From the NCBI GenBank assembly GCA_964188305.1, contig OZ076889.1: a stretch of 64,000 nt of DNA, one strand, 5' to 3'. Under the pieces are notes generated by a model that was given only the letters and a program-made list of their open reading frames with translations, had not been told where the DNA came from and ran no database searches. The translations under genes were made by a program, and so were the position numbers. This document shows positions 49,827 through 62,680 of this stretch, piece by piece. The stretch comes from Podarcis bocagei (taxonomy: Eukaryota). Numbering within the stretch: the stretch's first letter is position 1; the number at the start of each line of letters is the position of its first letter.

Positions 49827-50115
49827 TATATGAAGCTCCTAGGATACACCTTCATCTGTGGGGACAAAGTTGCATCCCGGAACTAGCAGGACTCAGCACT
49901 GCAATTCCCACCACACACAAACACACACACCAGTGCTATGCCAGAGCACTGGGTTTAGTACTGGCTGGGGGCAGGGAATCAGTCCTACCCTGCTATTTGC
50001 AACACTGCACACGCTCTAGCCCCAGACAGTGTCAGGGCCAGGACTGTCAGCAAATGCAATGCAGAGTGGGTCCTATCTCTCATGTGCTGCATGCACCCTT
50101 CCGGCCAATACTCAC

Positions 50116-50272
50116 CTCCTCCATTGCGATAGCAGAGGTAAGGGAAGCGCCATACATTGCCAAGCCCAACAGCATAGCCAACGCTTGTGAGAATAAACTC
50201 AATCTGGTTGCCCCAGTTGCCACGCTTGAGGTTCTCGTCTCGCTTAGCCGTCTCGCCAGGCACAGCACCATT
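50116..50272 (-). CDS. SLC6A9: GlyT1 first common coding exon (157 nt)
   Basis: [52 protein letters not shown]; phase-0 acceptor. Confidence 0.96.
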
Positions 50273-50452
50273 CTGCCAGAAGAGGACAGTCAGTTATTGC
50301 AGGTAGGGGAATGGCAAGAGGGTGGGAGGAGGTAAGTTATCCTGTTCCATCCTTCTGGGTCTCCCCTACTGTTGGTCCTGTAAGGTCTTCCCACAAAAAG
50401 AGGGGCTTTAGAAAGGGCAACAGGCAGATAACAAAACAAGTCATATGGATGG

Positions 50453-50454
<2 letters not shown>

Positions 50455-50500
<46 letters not shown>
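50455..50500. repeat. (AC)n microsatellite, ~23 units
   Basis: Uninterrupted AC run. Confidence 0.97.
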
Positions 50501-50504
<4 letters not shown>

Positions 50505-51042
50505 CTGCAACTTTGGATGCTTGCGCTGCTGGTGGTTTAAAGTCACTCCCCTTCCCCAGCTGGAGGCAAAGCAGGCAGGGGGCGGAGAGTTTGATTATGC
50601 TAAGGGGGCTGCTACCCCCTGCCTGCCCAGATGAATAGTCCTGGGTCAGGCTGTAGGGAAGCTGGCAGCTGCAGCCCATACAAAGCAGGCATAAGAGGAG
50701 TCAGCACAAAGGAGCCTCTGTGCCTGTTCCCTCTGCCTGCCTACTGATGGAGCACAAGAGGCCACAGGAAAGGCAAGCAGATCCCTTTACTCACTGGCAG
50801 GGAAGCTAAGCCCATCAGGGCATCAGAAAAGCCCTGCTGGACCACACCAAGCCCCACCTAACCCAGTATACTGCTTCCATCAGTGGCTAGCACAATTGCT
50901 TTGGGAAGCCCACAAGCCGGGAGGGGGGCTTCATGAAGATACTTGTTGTTTTGTCCCTGGCACCTGATATTTACAGATTTATCTGAATGATTTATGTTAT
51001 TACTTCATGAATGAACTCTCCATGTGGAGGTTTCATTTAAGC

Positions 51043-51682
51043 CAGAGGTTTTCAACCTTCTTGAGTCCATGGCTCCCTTGACCAACTACGTTCTTTCTGC
51101 GGCACCCCTGTGGGGCTCAGGAGCCCAGTTATGTCACCTTGCTTGCAGAGCTGGCAGCCTCACACCCTTTCTCGAACACCCCCCCCCTTGTGGAGTGTTC
51201 CCTCAGCCTCCTCTCAGCTTCCCTCTCCTTGGGAGTCCTCCAGGCAGCACCTTACATTGGGAGGCAGCAGCAGGTGCCACTGGGCCTGCATGGCAGAAAG
51301 GCTTCCCTTCAGCACAGGGCACTCAGATCCCAGTGCAGCACCTGCCTGCCCGCCCGGCCTCCCAATTGTCTGTCCATTCCCAACAGCAAGGGCTGGCGGA
51401 CTGGCTGGCTGGGCTCCCTCATCCACTTGCTTGCTTACTCCGAGGCTGCCTCAGCTCCTAGCAACCAACACCTCCTGGCCAGCCCCACAGGCACCAGTTG
51501 CCTGGGGAGCTTGTAGCCAGGGCTTCAACAAACAGCTATGCAAGCCTTTGGGAGGTAGATATGGGAGGGCATCAGAGGAGGGAGGGAAGGAAAGAGGGAC
51601 AGAGGCCAGTGTTGCCCGCAGCACCCCTGACCATCATTCAAGGCACCCCTGGGTGCCACGGCACACTGGTTAGAAACCACTG
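51043..51682. mobile_element. hAT non-autonomous DNA transposon
   Basis: Termini cagaggttttcaacc / ggttagaaaccactg with an 8-bp TSD atttaagc (51035-51042 and 51683-51690). Confidence 0.85.
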
Positions 51683-51863
51683 ATTTAAGCCATTGAGCTG
51701 ATTTAAGAAACCACTGATTTAAGCCATTAAGCTGTTGAGACTTTGCATCCTGTAATTATTTATCGCCCTTTACAAAGCCCTATAAGCCAGTGACCATAAC
51801 TGTATCCTGTGACAGGGAATGCCCAATGTTAACTATGTTTTGTGTGAAGAAGGAACAGTAATA

Positions 51864-52105
51864 CAGTGGTACCTCTGGTTAAGAACTTAATTCGTTCCGG
51901 AGGTCTGTTCTTAACCTGAAACTGTTCTTAACCTGAGGTACCACTTTAGCTAATGGGGCCTTCTGCTGCCACCACACCGCCGCCACACAATTTCTGTTCT
52001 CAACCTGAAGCAAAGTTCTTAACCCGAGGTACTATTTCTGGTTTAGCAAAGTCTGTAACTTGAAGCTTCTGTAACCTGAAGCGTCTGTAACCTGAGGTAC
52101 CACTG
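51864..52105. mobile_element. Tigger/pogo-like MITE
   Basis: TA-flanked TIR CAGTGGTACCTC...GAGGTACCACTG with internal ttaacctga repeats. Confidence 0.87.
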
Positions 52106-55100
52106 TATACCTGCGCTTGTTCCTGGCAATCTCAGGAGGAAAACTGGATCCTCTCTTTGGCTCTTGGTAGCAAATTCAGAATATGCCCATTAAGCGTAGA
52201 GTCTATGGATGTTTACATGGCATCACTAAATTGCCTTTTTATAGATGTTAACTCCCTTCTGTACTCACAATAAAAGTGGGGAAATGACTATATCTGACCT
52301 TTCAGCACATAAGTGAGAGCTGTTCTATTAAGAACATATAATGGTACACGGACTACAGGCAACTCCCCTTTTGCATGGGGATTGAGTTCCGGGTCATTGC
52401 GCATGTCAGCAGTCACACGTAGGCCCGTTCCACCCCTGCCCCCATCTGGGGCCAAAAACAACATGTGCACCAGCAAATTTGGGTTGCACAGTTATAACTT
52501 GCGTGACAAGCCAGCTTCTTCCCTGTAAGACTGGAAACTGGTGGGGAGAATGCACTAGAGAGTGAAGGGCGGGTAAAGAAACACTTGCAATGTCATCTAA
52601 TCTCCCCAAAAACAATTCCAAACCAATGGTCATTAAATAGCCAATGTTATCTCTCTGCAAACAAATCAGGGCGAATGCTTAGTAAACAGGTCATCTGGAA
52701 GGAAGTGCCCACGGTGTGTCTATCTGTGACAGCTCAGGAAGGCTGTTATTGGCTGTAGTAAAAGGACATCGCCAGGAGAGGGAGCCTCAGTCCTCCTTAA
52801 TCATACCTAGTCCTTTAAGGTCTGTCAGAGAAAATAAATGGTACTAAACAATCTTGGCCCATCACCCTAGAGTTCCCCTTCCGAATGCGTCCATTGCTAG
52901 CCCAAGCCTTAGACATGCCCCCAATTTCTCTATCCCCTAAGGGGCAGGGGGAGGAACAGAGGCTACTTGCCGCAGCGTTGACAGAGCCAAGGTCTGAGCT
53001 ACCTTTGGAACAGTACGACTTCCATGTGGCTGGAAGCACTCAGCCCCACACAGAAGAAGCCCAAGCACTGCACAGGACAGGATGCTGTCATCAAGCGTAG
53101 CCGCTTTCCGCAGGACAAAAATGGAGCTTTTGTGCATCTAGCTCCATCCTGGCACCACCAGTTCCCTGTACTGCCCAAGGATAACAATGGCAGCCTTCAG
53201 ATCAAAGGAACGGGAGATGTGCTGTGTCAACAACAAAGCCTGGCTTCTCTTCCCTTAGAGCGGATGGGGCACATCTGGTCATGCTCTGGAGCAATATTTC
53301 TCTGGCGGCTACTGCCTGTACTTTGCCCCCTCCTCCTACTGAGAGATGGGACATCACCTGAAGATGCTTCTGGGTTCAGTTCTCCTGCATGAGATTTAAG
53401 TGATCGTTAGTTCGCTTGCCTACCTACTTGAGGGGTAAATCAGAATTTGAAGTAAGTTGGGTCAGCAATTTGCAAAGACTCTCCTCTGTCAACTGCCACT
53501 TGTAAAATTATTAACATCTTATTAAGAAAATTTCAGTTACAGAGAAAATAAAGTGATAAAAGAGAAGGCAGAGAGAGAAGCACAAATAAAAAAGCAAAAA
53601 AATTAAAACATAAGAAAAGACATAGGATACACTAAATATAATCAGTTACACTACCATACATTATTATATAGATATATCAGTACTATTATTGTCCAAATAC
53701 ATATATGATTATTAATAATCTACTATGTTCTGTATAATCTCATTCCAAATGTCAATATATTTCACCTATTATTCATAAGCCATGTCAGAGCTGTTTCTTT
53801 CCAGTTGAAGGAGTGATCTGTCAATAAGCAAGGATTGGGAGCAAGGCATTGCAGCTGGCGCATCCTAGAATCCCTTGGTTATACGGATGGATGATCAGCC
53901 CTGTGCTAGCAGCTTTTGCATCTTGACTGTTTAAATCAGGGGCAGGGAAACTTGTGGCCCTCCAGACACTGCAGGGCCGAAATTCCCACCATCCTCAACC
54001 AGGGATGCTGGGGTTTGTAGTTCAGCCACAGGTTTCCCCAACCCTGGGTTTAAACCTCCCCAACCAAATGCTGCTGCTTCTCATGAGGGCCTAAAGCATT
54101 TCCTTTTATCTTCTGAGAAACTCACATTGGCTCCTGTGGTTTGCACCTCACACCCTGCCAATGACCCCTTCAGTTGCTGGTGTGTTAGGAAGAGGGTACT
54201 GCACTTGAGTGCTTATGAGATAGCTCAGCTTTACTACAGGAAGGGAGAAAAGAGGGTATTGTAAAGAAAAAGTGGGTGCCCTAGGAAAGAAGCACTTGGC
54301 CTCTGTGGGCCCTCCTGTTCATGGCTGGCCCCTGCCCCATGTTCCAGGATGCTTTGCTGGGGAGGATGTTGCTCCCTGAGCCCCACTACTTCTCAGGAGC
54401 TCCGAGATGAACAGGCTGCCAGCAGGAGCATTTCGCAGGAGCCTCTCCTTTGCTCTCCCCCTGGTGCACGCAGCACACTCCACGTAGGCGCACGTGGCTG
54501 CCCGCTGATCGCAAACAATTGCTGTGAGCACTCAGCAAATGGAAGCCGTCGTTTCAGCTTTGCCTCCTGCCACTGGGGTGGGAGGGGGCTGGCAGCCGGC
54601 GAGTTGTGCACCTAACCGTGTCATTCAATTAGAGCCAGCAGCCGCTCTGGCACAGAGCTGCCAAGGAGCCATCTGCTGCGCTAACTGGGGGGACTGGCAG
54701 GGTACGGGGGAGCCACGCCTGCTAGAAGTGACCTCTGCTGTGAGCCCTGGCCATGGAAGCCGGAGTGGGGATTGTGGCATCATGGGGACTCGGCAGCAAC
54801 CTAAAGGATCACCTCCCAGGATCTCCATGTTCTGCAGGGGACAGGGAGACCCTGCACACAACCCTCCAAAGAAAAGACTGCACACACAATACTTTTATAG
54901 CACGCACACCCCAAAAGAATCCTGGGAGCTGTAGTTTGTTAAGGGTACTGTGAAGTGTAGCTCAATGAAGGGCAAACTACACTTCCCATTATCCTTAGGG
55001 GGGTGTTTTAAAAGTATGGTATGTACATGGCCAAAGGTATACATTTGCCAGTGGCAAGCAGGGAGTAATACCACATCCTAATATCCTTATCCCAATCTTT

Positions 55101-56641
55101 CTCTGTATTCTTCACATCCACCCTTGACACAAGGGAGGCTTGAAGTCATTTCCCCACGATAAGTGGAGTCTTGGAGGGGCAAATGCAAAGAGGGAAAGTC
55201 AGCAAACACTCTGCACACACAGAATGCACCCCAACCACAGTTGCAAGACAAGGGAGTCAGGCCAAGAGACAATCCTACATCATGGCAACGTTTGACCCAG
55301 CGGTTCCAAGGGCTGCTCTTATGGGGGACGTTTGTGTTTTAGGGGCAGAGAATCTGGCACTTTTGAAGAGCTGTGGCAGAATATGACCTTTAACAGATGT
55401 TGCCTCTCCTCCACCAATTCTGAAATGAGAAACAGAATATGAACAGCGCCCCAGAGCGTTCCAAGACTAGCAGTGAGATACATGTATCTATGAATATTTG
55501 TCCCAAGGTTTCTCTGCATGCTTGTTTACAGAAATGTATGTAACTGTTACATATCTGCACATATACATGTGTATACATGCATCTAGGTATGTGCAAATAA
55601 CCTTGCAGGGTTTGCTTACAGAGGGATAAGGTTGATGGCCTGAGCATTGCCAGCAACTTTCCCTTGGTGCCTTTTGGCTGAAGGCTAAACCAGCCCTGCC
55701 ACAAGGGGTCTTTAATATGGGTGGCTACTCTTAACCAAACAGCCTTCTCCCTCCAGATACAGTCAAGCTGTTACTGCATAAATGCAGCTTCTGGAGGGGC
55801 AGTCTGTTAATCTGTTGCAGCAAAACCAACAAAGTGCCTTGTGGCATCTTAAAGACTGAACCAATTTATTACGACACTAAGTATTATCCTCATTTGGTAC
55901 TGTAAATACACCACACACTCACACTGTGCATAGCAAAAAGAAGAAGAAAAAGGACAACCAGTGGAGCGGAATGGCAATAAAATGCAAAAAGTACACGCAA
56001 ATACTGAATTGAACTTAAATGGGGATGGGAAGAGCAGCAGCATTCACAACAGCAGTAACTAGTAAAAATACAACCATCCTAGCATTGGTAATTAGCAAAC
56101 TATACTGGAACAGGAACCACTGTGCCTATTTATGCCCAAACGGATACAAGAAAACTTCTTAATAAGTTCTGATTCAGTCCTTTCAGCTGCTGACATCTTT
56201 CTTTAACATTTTCATGTTGAAGAGAAGCAGCTTCCAGGACAGCAGTGGAGTGTGTCAGAAGAATTAAATGTTCGCTCAGTGGATTCTGATAAAAAGGCAG
56301 GTATCTCACCATATCAGACCTGGGCTAACAGCTCCAGCCCACTTGGATGATGGTGTATGTGTAATTTTATCTCAAAGAGTCCCCACAAAGACAATCTGAG
56401 GATTTTGGAGTAATAACAGGTTATTCCACTCCTGGCTCTAGTGGCAAGTTTCCTATTGAGGTTCTGGGTCTGTACCCACCTGAAGGAAGCTTCTTTCTTT
56501 GGCTTTGTAAGATGTGTGACACAATGGACAGCAGAGGCTCCTCAGTGCTTTTCCACTTAGACCAATAGGCCTTTCACCAGGGCACAGCAGGGAATCTGGG
56601 GCAGAGAGAGGAAGTGCTAGCACCCCCTCCCTTTCTCTCAC

Positions 56642-56779
56642 CCGCGGAAGCAGGGAGTCCAGATGCTGTAAATCAAGCAACGAGTGCGTTCCCAGCTCCC
56701 CTCCCGCTCTGCCCCCCATTCCTTCTGCATTGATCGAGTCCTTGCCGGGCGCTTGCGGCCATTCATGTTCCCTGAGCAT
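56642..56779 (-). CDS. SLC6A9: Candidate alternative first coding exon of SLC6A9
   Basis: ATG after an in-frame stop, 46 codons (MLREHEWPQAPGKDSINAEGMGGRAGGELGTHSLLDLQHLDSLLPR), phase-0 donor CGG|GTGAGA matching the phase-0 acceptor at 50272, in a local CpG-rich patch. No homology recognised. Confidence 0.4.
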
Positions 56780-58349
56780 GGGCTCGGGACGAGATGTTCA
56801 GGCGGCAGCCACATGTGACCGCGTGGCACGTTTGCTGGCGCGGTTAATGGGGTTGCCAGCCTGGCTACACAGCACTTTGCAAGGAATTGGATACACAGCC
56901 TGGTAGCCTTCCCCATAAGGAGTCATAACGGTGCAGTAGCTGTTGCAGCAAAAACAGTGAGAATATTGCGGCATCTCAAAGACCTGTGGAGTAGAGTCCA
57001 CTTTATCAGATGCATGAAGCGTTATCCTGCATTTGCTGTGGTGGTGAGGGTCTCTCTCTGAGTGCATGTATGTTTATCAGCTGTGCCTGCATGCCACAAT
57101 AATGCTGTTGGAAGCGGAGTTCTGATTTGTTACCATGCAATAAACCAAAAATGTAAAGCCAAGAATAAAAGTTGACTACTGTTCACAACTGCCCAGAAAT
57201 AAATATACCACGAATACGTTGTTTGTTTTACACTAAAATTTTGTCAAATCGCTACACAAATTGGTGTGTATGGCCAACACACAAATCCTCTCACTAATAA
57301 TTAGTAAACTAATTAACAATGTGGTAAGATGAGCTACTGTTGCTCGATTCAGGCACAGGTGAGAGAACTGAACTTTTCATAAATTACAGTTCAGTAGTTT
57401 CACGCTGGAAGTCTCCCTCTGAAGTTCCTTTGCTCAAGAAGGTCAGTAACAGTAATCTAGGTGGTTGAAGTGTTCTCCCCCCAACCCAGTGGTTTCTGAA
57501 TAGGGTGGCAGTTTATGATGTTCTAGTACTGTAACATGAAGCTCCAGAGTATCACACAACACAACTGCCTCTATCCTTTATATTCTACTTGTGCCAGCTT
57601 GACATTAAAGAATGACTCTACACCATTACGTTGTGAAGAAAAATGGTCATAGCTCGTCCTACCAGTTCAGCTGTCCTAGCTGGTACACAGTTTTTCATGG
57701 CCAAAGGAGCAGCATCTCAAGAGTAAGGGCAGCACTATAGTTAGCTGCAGGTCAGATCCTCCATGGCTGACTTCTTAAAGCATGCTGCTCACTCTGAGTA
57801 GCCTAATCCAACTTGAATTGCAAAGCGAGCGCTAATGAGGCTTCTGTTCTGCTTAATTAATGGGAGCTCAGTTCACTCTGGCCACGTGGTGGTCTGTTGG
57901 GCAGAGAACTCCCAACAGGAACGCAAAGAGAAGGCTGGAGTGAAACTCATGGAAGTAGCCCGTTGACTTGGGCAACTCCCAGCATACACTGCTGCTTCTT
58001 AGCATGTTAGGATCAAGCCACTCTTTGCAAACTTTGGACCAGTTCATTTCACCTCCCTGAGGAGGAAATGCAGGGAATCGGTCCTCCACTGCTTCTGTTA
58101 CTACTTCTTAGGGGGAGGTGAGTACCGAGGCTAATCCTCCGTTACCATTGCCTTTCTGTCAGCTACTGGAAGAAACTACAAACCCTGCCATTTTGGGGCA
58201 GGCAAGACAAGCAGTGGCTATAGCAGGGCAGGAATGGGCCACACATTCCCTTATTAGAGGAAGACATGTGAATTAGCTCCCACAGTGGGTCAGAAATTAA
58301 ATCAGTTGACTTTTCATGAAGGAAAACTGTCTTGGCAAGAAACGAGGTA

Positions 58350-58609
58350 CCGTATTTTTCGCTCTATAAGACGCACCAGACCACAAGACGCACCTAGTTT
58401 TTGGAGGAGGAAAACAAGAAAAAAAAATATTCTGAATCTCAGAAGCCAGAACAGCAAGAGGGATTGCTGTGCAGTGAAAGCAACAATCCCTCTTGCTGTT
58501 CTGGCTTCTGGGATAGCTGTGCAGCCTGCATTCGCTCCATAAGACGCACACACATTTCACCTTACTTTTTAGGAGGGAAAAAGTGAGTCTTATAGAGCAA
58601 AAAATACGG
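58350..58609. mobile_element. Tc2-like MITE (260 bp) with internal hairpin
   Basis: TA-flanked CCGTATTTTT..CTCTATAAGAC TIRs; internal inverted repeat cagaagccagaacagcaagagggattg / caatccctcttgctgttctggcttctg. Confidence 0.85.
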
Positions 58610-61600
58610 TATTTGGCGGGTCTGGCCAAATCATGTATTGGTGGCAGCAATTTTACCTGTCACATACAGACAGAATGTTTCACTGTTTGGGAAGATTTAT
58701 AATGATATCCTCCAAGAACAAGGGCTGATTTAAATCAGTGCTTTAAATAAAGTTTCCAGCTTTCCAATTCATGTATTTACTCAGCAAGTATATACTGTAT
58801 ACTAAACAGATGAAAGTCAATGAAATTCTATATATTTTATACTAAATTCTGCCTCAGCTTTATACTACTACCTAGGAGCATATATGGTCATGCAGCTTTC
58901 AATGGTGAAGTTAATTATTCTGTTTGGCATTCTTTCTATACATATGTGTAAAGTCACTTACTTGAATACTTTTATACAGAACTTTCCAGAAACAAGGGCT
59001 GGTAGTTACTGTATAGAAGAGCACTGTTTCTCCATGGTTATTTTAATTTGTTTTTTAACATTATTTTGTTTTTCCCCATTTTGCCAGCAGGACTCCCCTG
59101 TAACAGGCTCTCATCACATTGCCAGGGCATGCAGCAATACAGCCTGCTCACGCATTCCCATCCAAGGCCTGCCAAGCCTCCTCAGGAAGCATCCAGCAGC
59201 TCATTCATCCTCCAGACCCAAGGGCATAAGAACCTCCTGGGGGGGGGGGAGAATAGGAGAACCATGTATGGGACCCTGGGGAAGAATGGAGGGAAAGTCC
59301 CACACACCTTTCTATACTTGTGGAAGAGGATTCCATTTGGATCAGACATAAGAAAGTGATTCGTAAATTAAAAAATAGCAGCAACAACAACAACCCTGGT
59401 CCAACAAACCAAAGAATAAGCTATGAGAACACAGACTCCTGCCTCTTCCCTTTTCTCTTCCTTAATTCAACATTTCCTTGTTTCCTGAAAGAGTTTCCAA
59501 CAATATATGAACTAGGAAATGATCATTTGAGTGATCCCTGTCAAGCAGGATAACAAACCATGGACTGCTATCCTGGTTTGTAGGGATCATTCAAACCACA
59601 GTTTCTTAGTTTGGACATCATGGTTCAGATGCCACCAGTTTAATAACTTAAGTAGTACTGAATTAAAGTCCATAAGTGGGATAAAAATGAAAAGTCTAAA
59701 ACAAGCTGGTAGGCAGACACACGCACACTTTCATTTTCAGTTTATGATTCCAAGCTTCTGTTCTGACTTTGTACTTGGCAGTTCTAGAGTGGTATCTGTC
59801 TTAGCCTATTGCAGCAACAACAAAAGGGTCTTGTGGCATCTTAAAGGACAACAAATTAGTAAAGAAAATTATGGCATAAACGTTTGTGGACTACTGTTGA
59901 TTTCATCAAGTACATAAAGTTGCAGGTATATCTTCACATGGTTATTTGGGGGGGGGGTTGAAGAATTGCAAATGCTGATGCCAGAGGTAGTAATAAATTC
60001 TGTAATTAACAGTGGCAATTTACAAAACAGTTGTTGCTGATAATACAGAAACCTTGACATTTGTAAGCTAGGCAGCACGCAGAGTGTGATAAACAAATAA
60101 ACAATGTCCCAAATTTCCAATTCAGTCAACAAATTATAGCACTGAACCTCTTGATGAATTCCGTGGTTTTACACTGCAATTTCTCTTTAAAGCTCTGTGA
60201 TGTCCTTGGTTTCAGTATGCATGCACAGGTGTCTCCTGTACTGACATGGTGCAGCTATTTCATCACACTATATTGGTGCAAGATGCTTTTGTGCAGGTAT
60301 AAATGTATCACAAAGTTCACCTTACGTGCCAGACAATCATGATGAAAGCTACCAAGTTCTTGGTCTGCTGTGGAAGCACAGGTTTCTACCAAATTCTCCC
60401 TCTGGCAGAATTGTGAGCCCTCCTTAAATGCTGTTTGTTAATCCTGGATTTCCTCCCCACACATAGGCAGTGCACCAGGAGTGGGGGCAAACAGTCACCA
60501 TTCTCCGGACATTTAGCTTGCCTCTCTCTCCCATTACTGAAATGTTGTGGTTACTTGAGGGGGAAAATGCATTTTTAAATGTTCACCTCCCCAGGAAGGC
60601 TCTTTATCCCTGGTGCGCTCCTGAATATAGATTCTTCCTGGTGCTGCCACTATCCCCATATGAGTGTGGTACTATACCTTTCCTCACTATTTCTGACTAT
60701 TGCGGAAATACCAATGCCTCAATGTACAAAAGCAAATGCTGCAAATGTTTTCATATTCAGCTGGAGCCCTGTTGGAACTGATCCTGAGCTAAAGTTTGAG
60801 GTGGCAGAACTAGGGAAGCCATTTACCCTGAATCCCCATGGATGCCATTAACCTGCTTCTTCCTCTAACAAAGCACAAAAGGGGAAAGTACCACAAACTT
60901 CACTTTTTACTTACAATGCTGGTGAATTCAAGAAAAAGTGTGTGCGCGTCTATATTCACATACATGCATTATTTTGCATCCTCCTACCTGCACCCATCAA
61001 GTAAGGACTCATTCACACTTCCACATGCCCTGCTGCTTGCCCTCGGGGAAACCCAATCTTTACTGCTGAATTGGAGCAAACATCAGTTGGGTTTTGTCCA
61101 GATTGACATTTGCTCTGATTTAGCACTAAACAGCAGGCTTTCAGGAAGTTGTGGGGCATAGGCAAAACCACTCAGACCCATGTTTTCCAGGCATGGGACA
61201 AGCGGATGTGCGGAAGTGTAGACGAGCCCTCAGTTGCATAGCAAATGTGGGAGAAATACATACTGAATTTGACCCGAGTGATGACACAGATCAGAGAGTC
61301 ACCCATGGTTTCTCCTAGAGACACAGCAGGATTTCATAGGCATGAGAAGGGGAAGGAAGTTCTTATACCACCTCATGCTCATCCATCAGGACTCCCTGGC
61401 AAGAGCTACCTTTCTTATGCTAATTCACCTGTTGGCTCAACTGGTGGGCCTCATGGCTGAGCTTGTAAGGCCACTGGGCTGCTTCCAGAAGGAGGCTTCA
61501 ATCAGGCAACAGGATTTATGCTAGAGAAGCTCCTGTCAGCTGCACAGCCCCTTCCGGCAAGTGGTTCCCAAGGGACATGCTGCCCTTGCGGTGGTGAAGG

Positions 61601-62511
61601 AAGAGAAGCAGGTCTGGGCTAGAAGCCAGGTGGCAAGGAAGGCTTAGCTAGGAGCCAAGGGAAATCCCTCTTTTGATCCCAGCTCACTCACTGCTTGAGT
61701 CAACTGGAGCCTCACCTGACCCCCACTCATTACCCCACAAAGCCTCCAACTCTGGGGCAGTGCAGGCAAGAAGACAACTAGCTGCTCAGCTTATATCAAC
61801 AACAAGAAGCCTAAAGCATGCTGGAGTCAAACTGTTCACAACATGATGCCCTCAGTACCAAAGGGAACAGGGAAGATCATTTTGGAGTGCCAGTGGGTAG
61901 AGACTGGGCACAGAATGTTCATCCTAGGCTAGGAGCTGCACAACACATGTATTTCCAAATATTCTAGTGGAAGTCAGGAGGAAAAGAGAAAGCAGCAGAT
62001 ATTACCAGAAAAGCTTTTCCCAATTCCCCCAGCCTTGCTGGTCCAAGGGCTCCCATGGTCACCTTCACATACTGCACCTTTATTGCATTGAATCAGTGTT
62101 GTACTCAATATACAATGGGCCAGAGGGGAGATGACCTTTCTCAACTTATTGAGGGTTCTATGCTTCAGTCTGAAGCCCAAACATTTTAGTAAAAGTCACA
62201 TGGGACACCCAGCAGAGGTGCTGCTACCCGGGTGTGTTCTGAAGGCACAGGAGGTCACCACTTGGCTGATGCTAAACAGGTTTGTGGCTGGATTGCCTGA
62301 GAACTACATGCATGCCTCCTTGGATCCCATGGTAGAAGAAAGGAGGAATATAAATGTAATAAAATAAAATAACATAATAGATGCTATGCACACAATATGT
62401 GAAAGTATATTTAATTGGAGGGAGATGCCTGAATCAGGAGATGTTGAAAGAGTGGATTATTATGGCAGTGAGAAGTTAACATTAAAAATAGTGAATCCAA
62501 GCATCAAATTA

Positions 62512-62680
62512 CCGTATTTTTTGCACCATAACACTCACTTTTTTCCTCCTAAAAAGTAAGGGGAAATGTCTGTGCGTGTTATAGAGGGAATGCCTATGGG
62601 TGGCATGCCTACGGATTTTCCTCCTCTAAAAACTACGTGCGTGTTATGGTCGGGTGCGTGTTATAGAGCGAAAAATACGG
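62512..62680. mobile_element. Tc2-like MITE (169 bp)
   Basis: TA-flanked CCGTATTTTT...AAAAATACGG termini; subterminal aaggggaaatgt.tgtgcgt shared with the larger copies. Confidence 0.83.

Noticed and set aside
55640-55690. QPKGTKGKLLAML (-) as a GlyT1a-like first exon
   Set aside because: Only superficial similarity; no ATG plus phase-0 donor arrangement found.
56305-56312. ATG|GTGAGA donor on the - strand
   Set aside because: Would contribute only a Met, with an in-frame stop just upstream; no other support.
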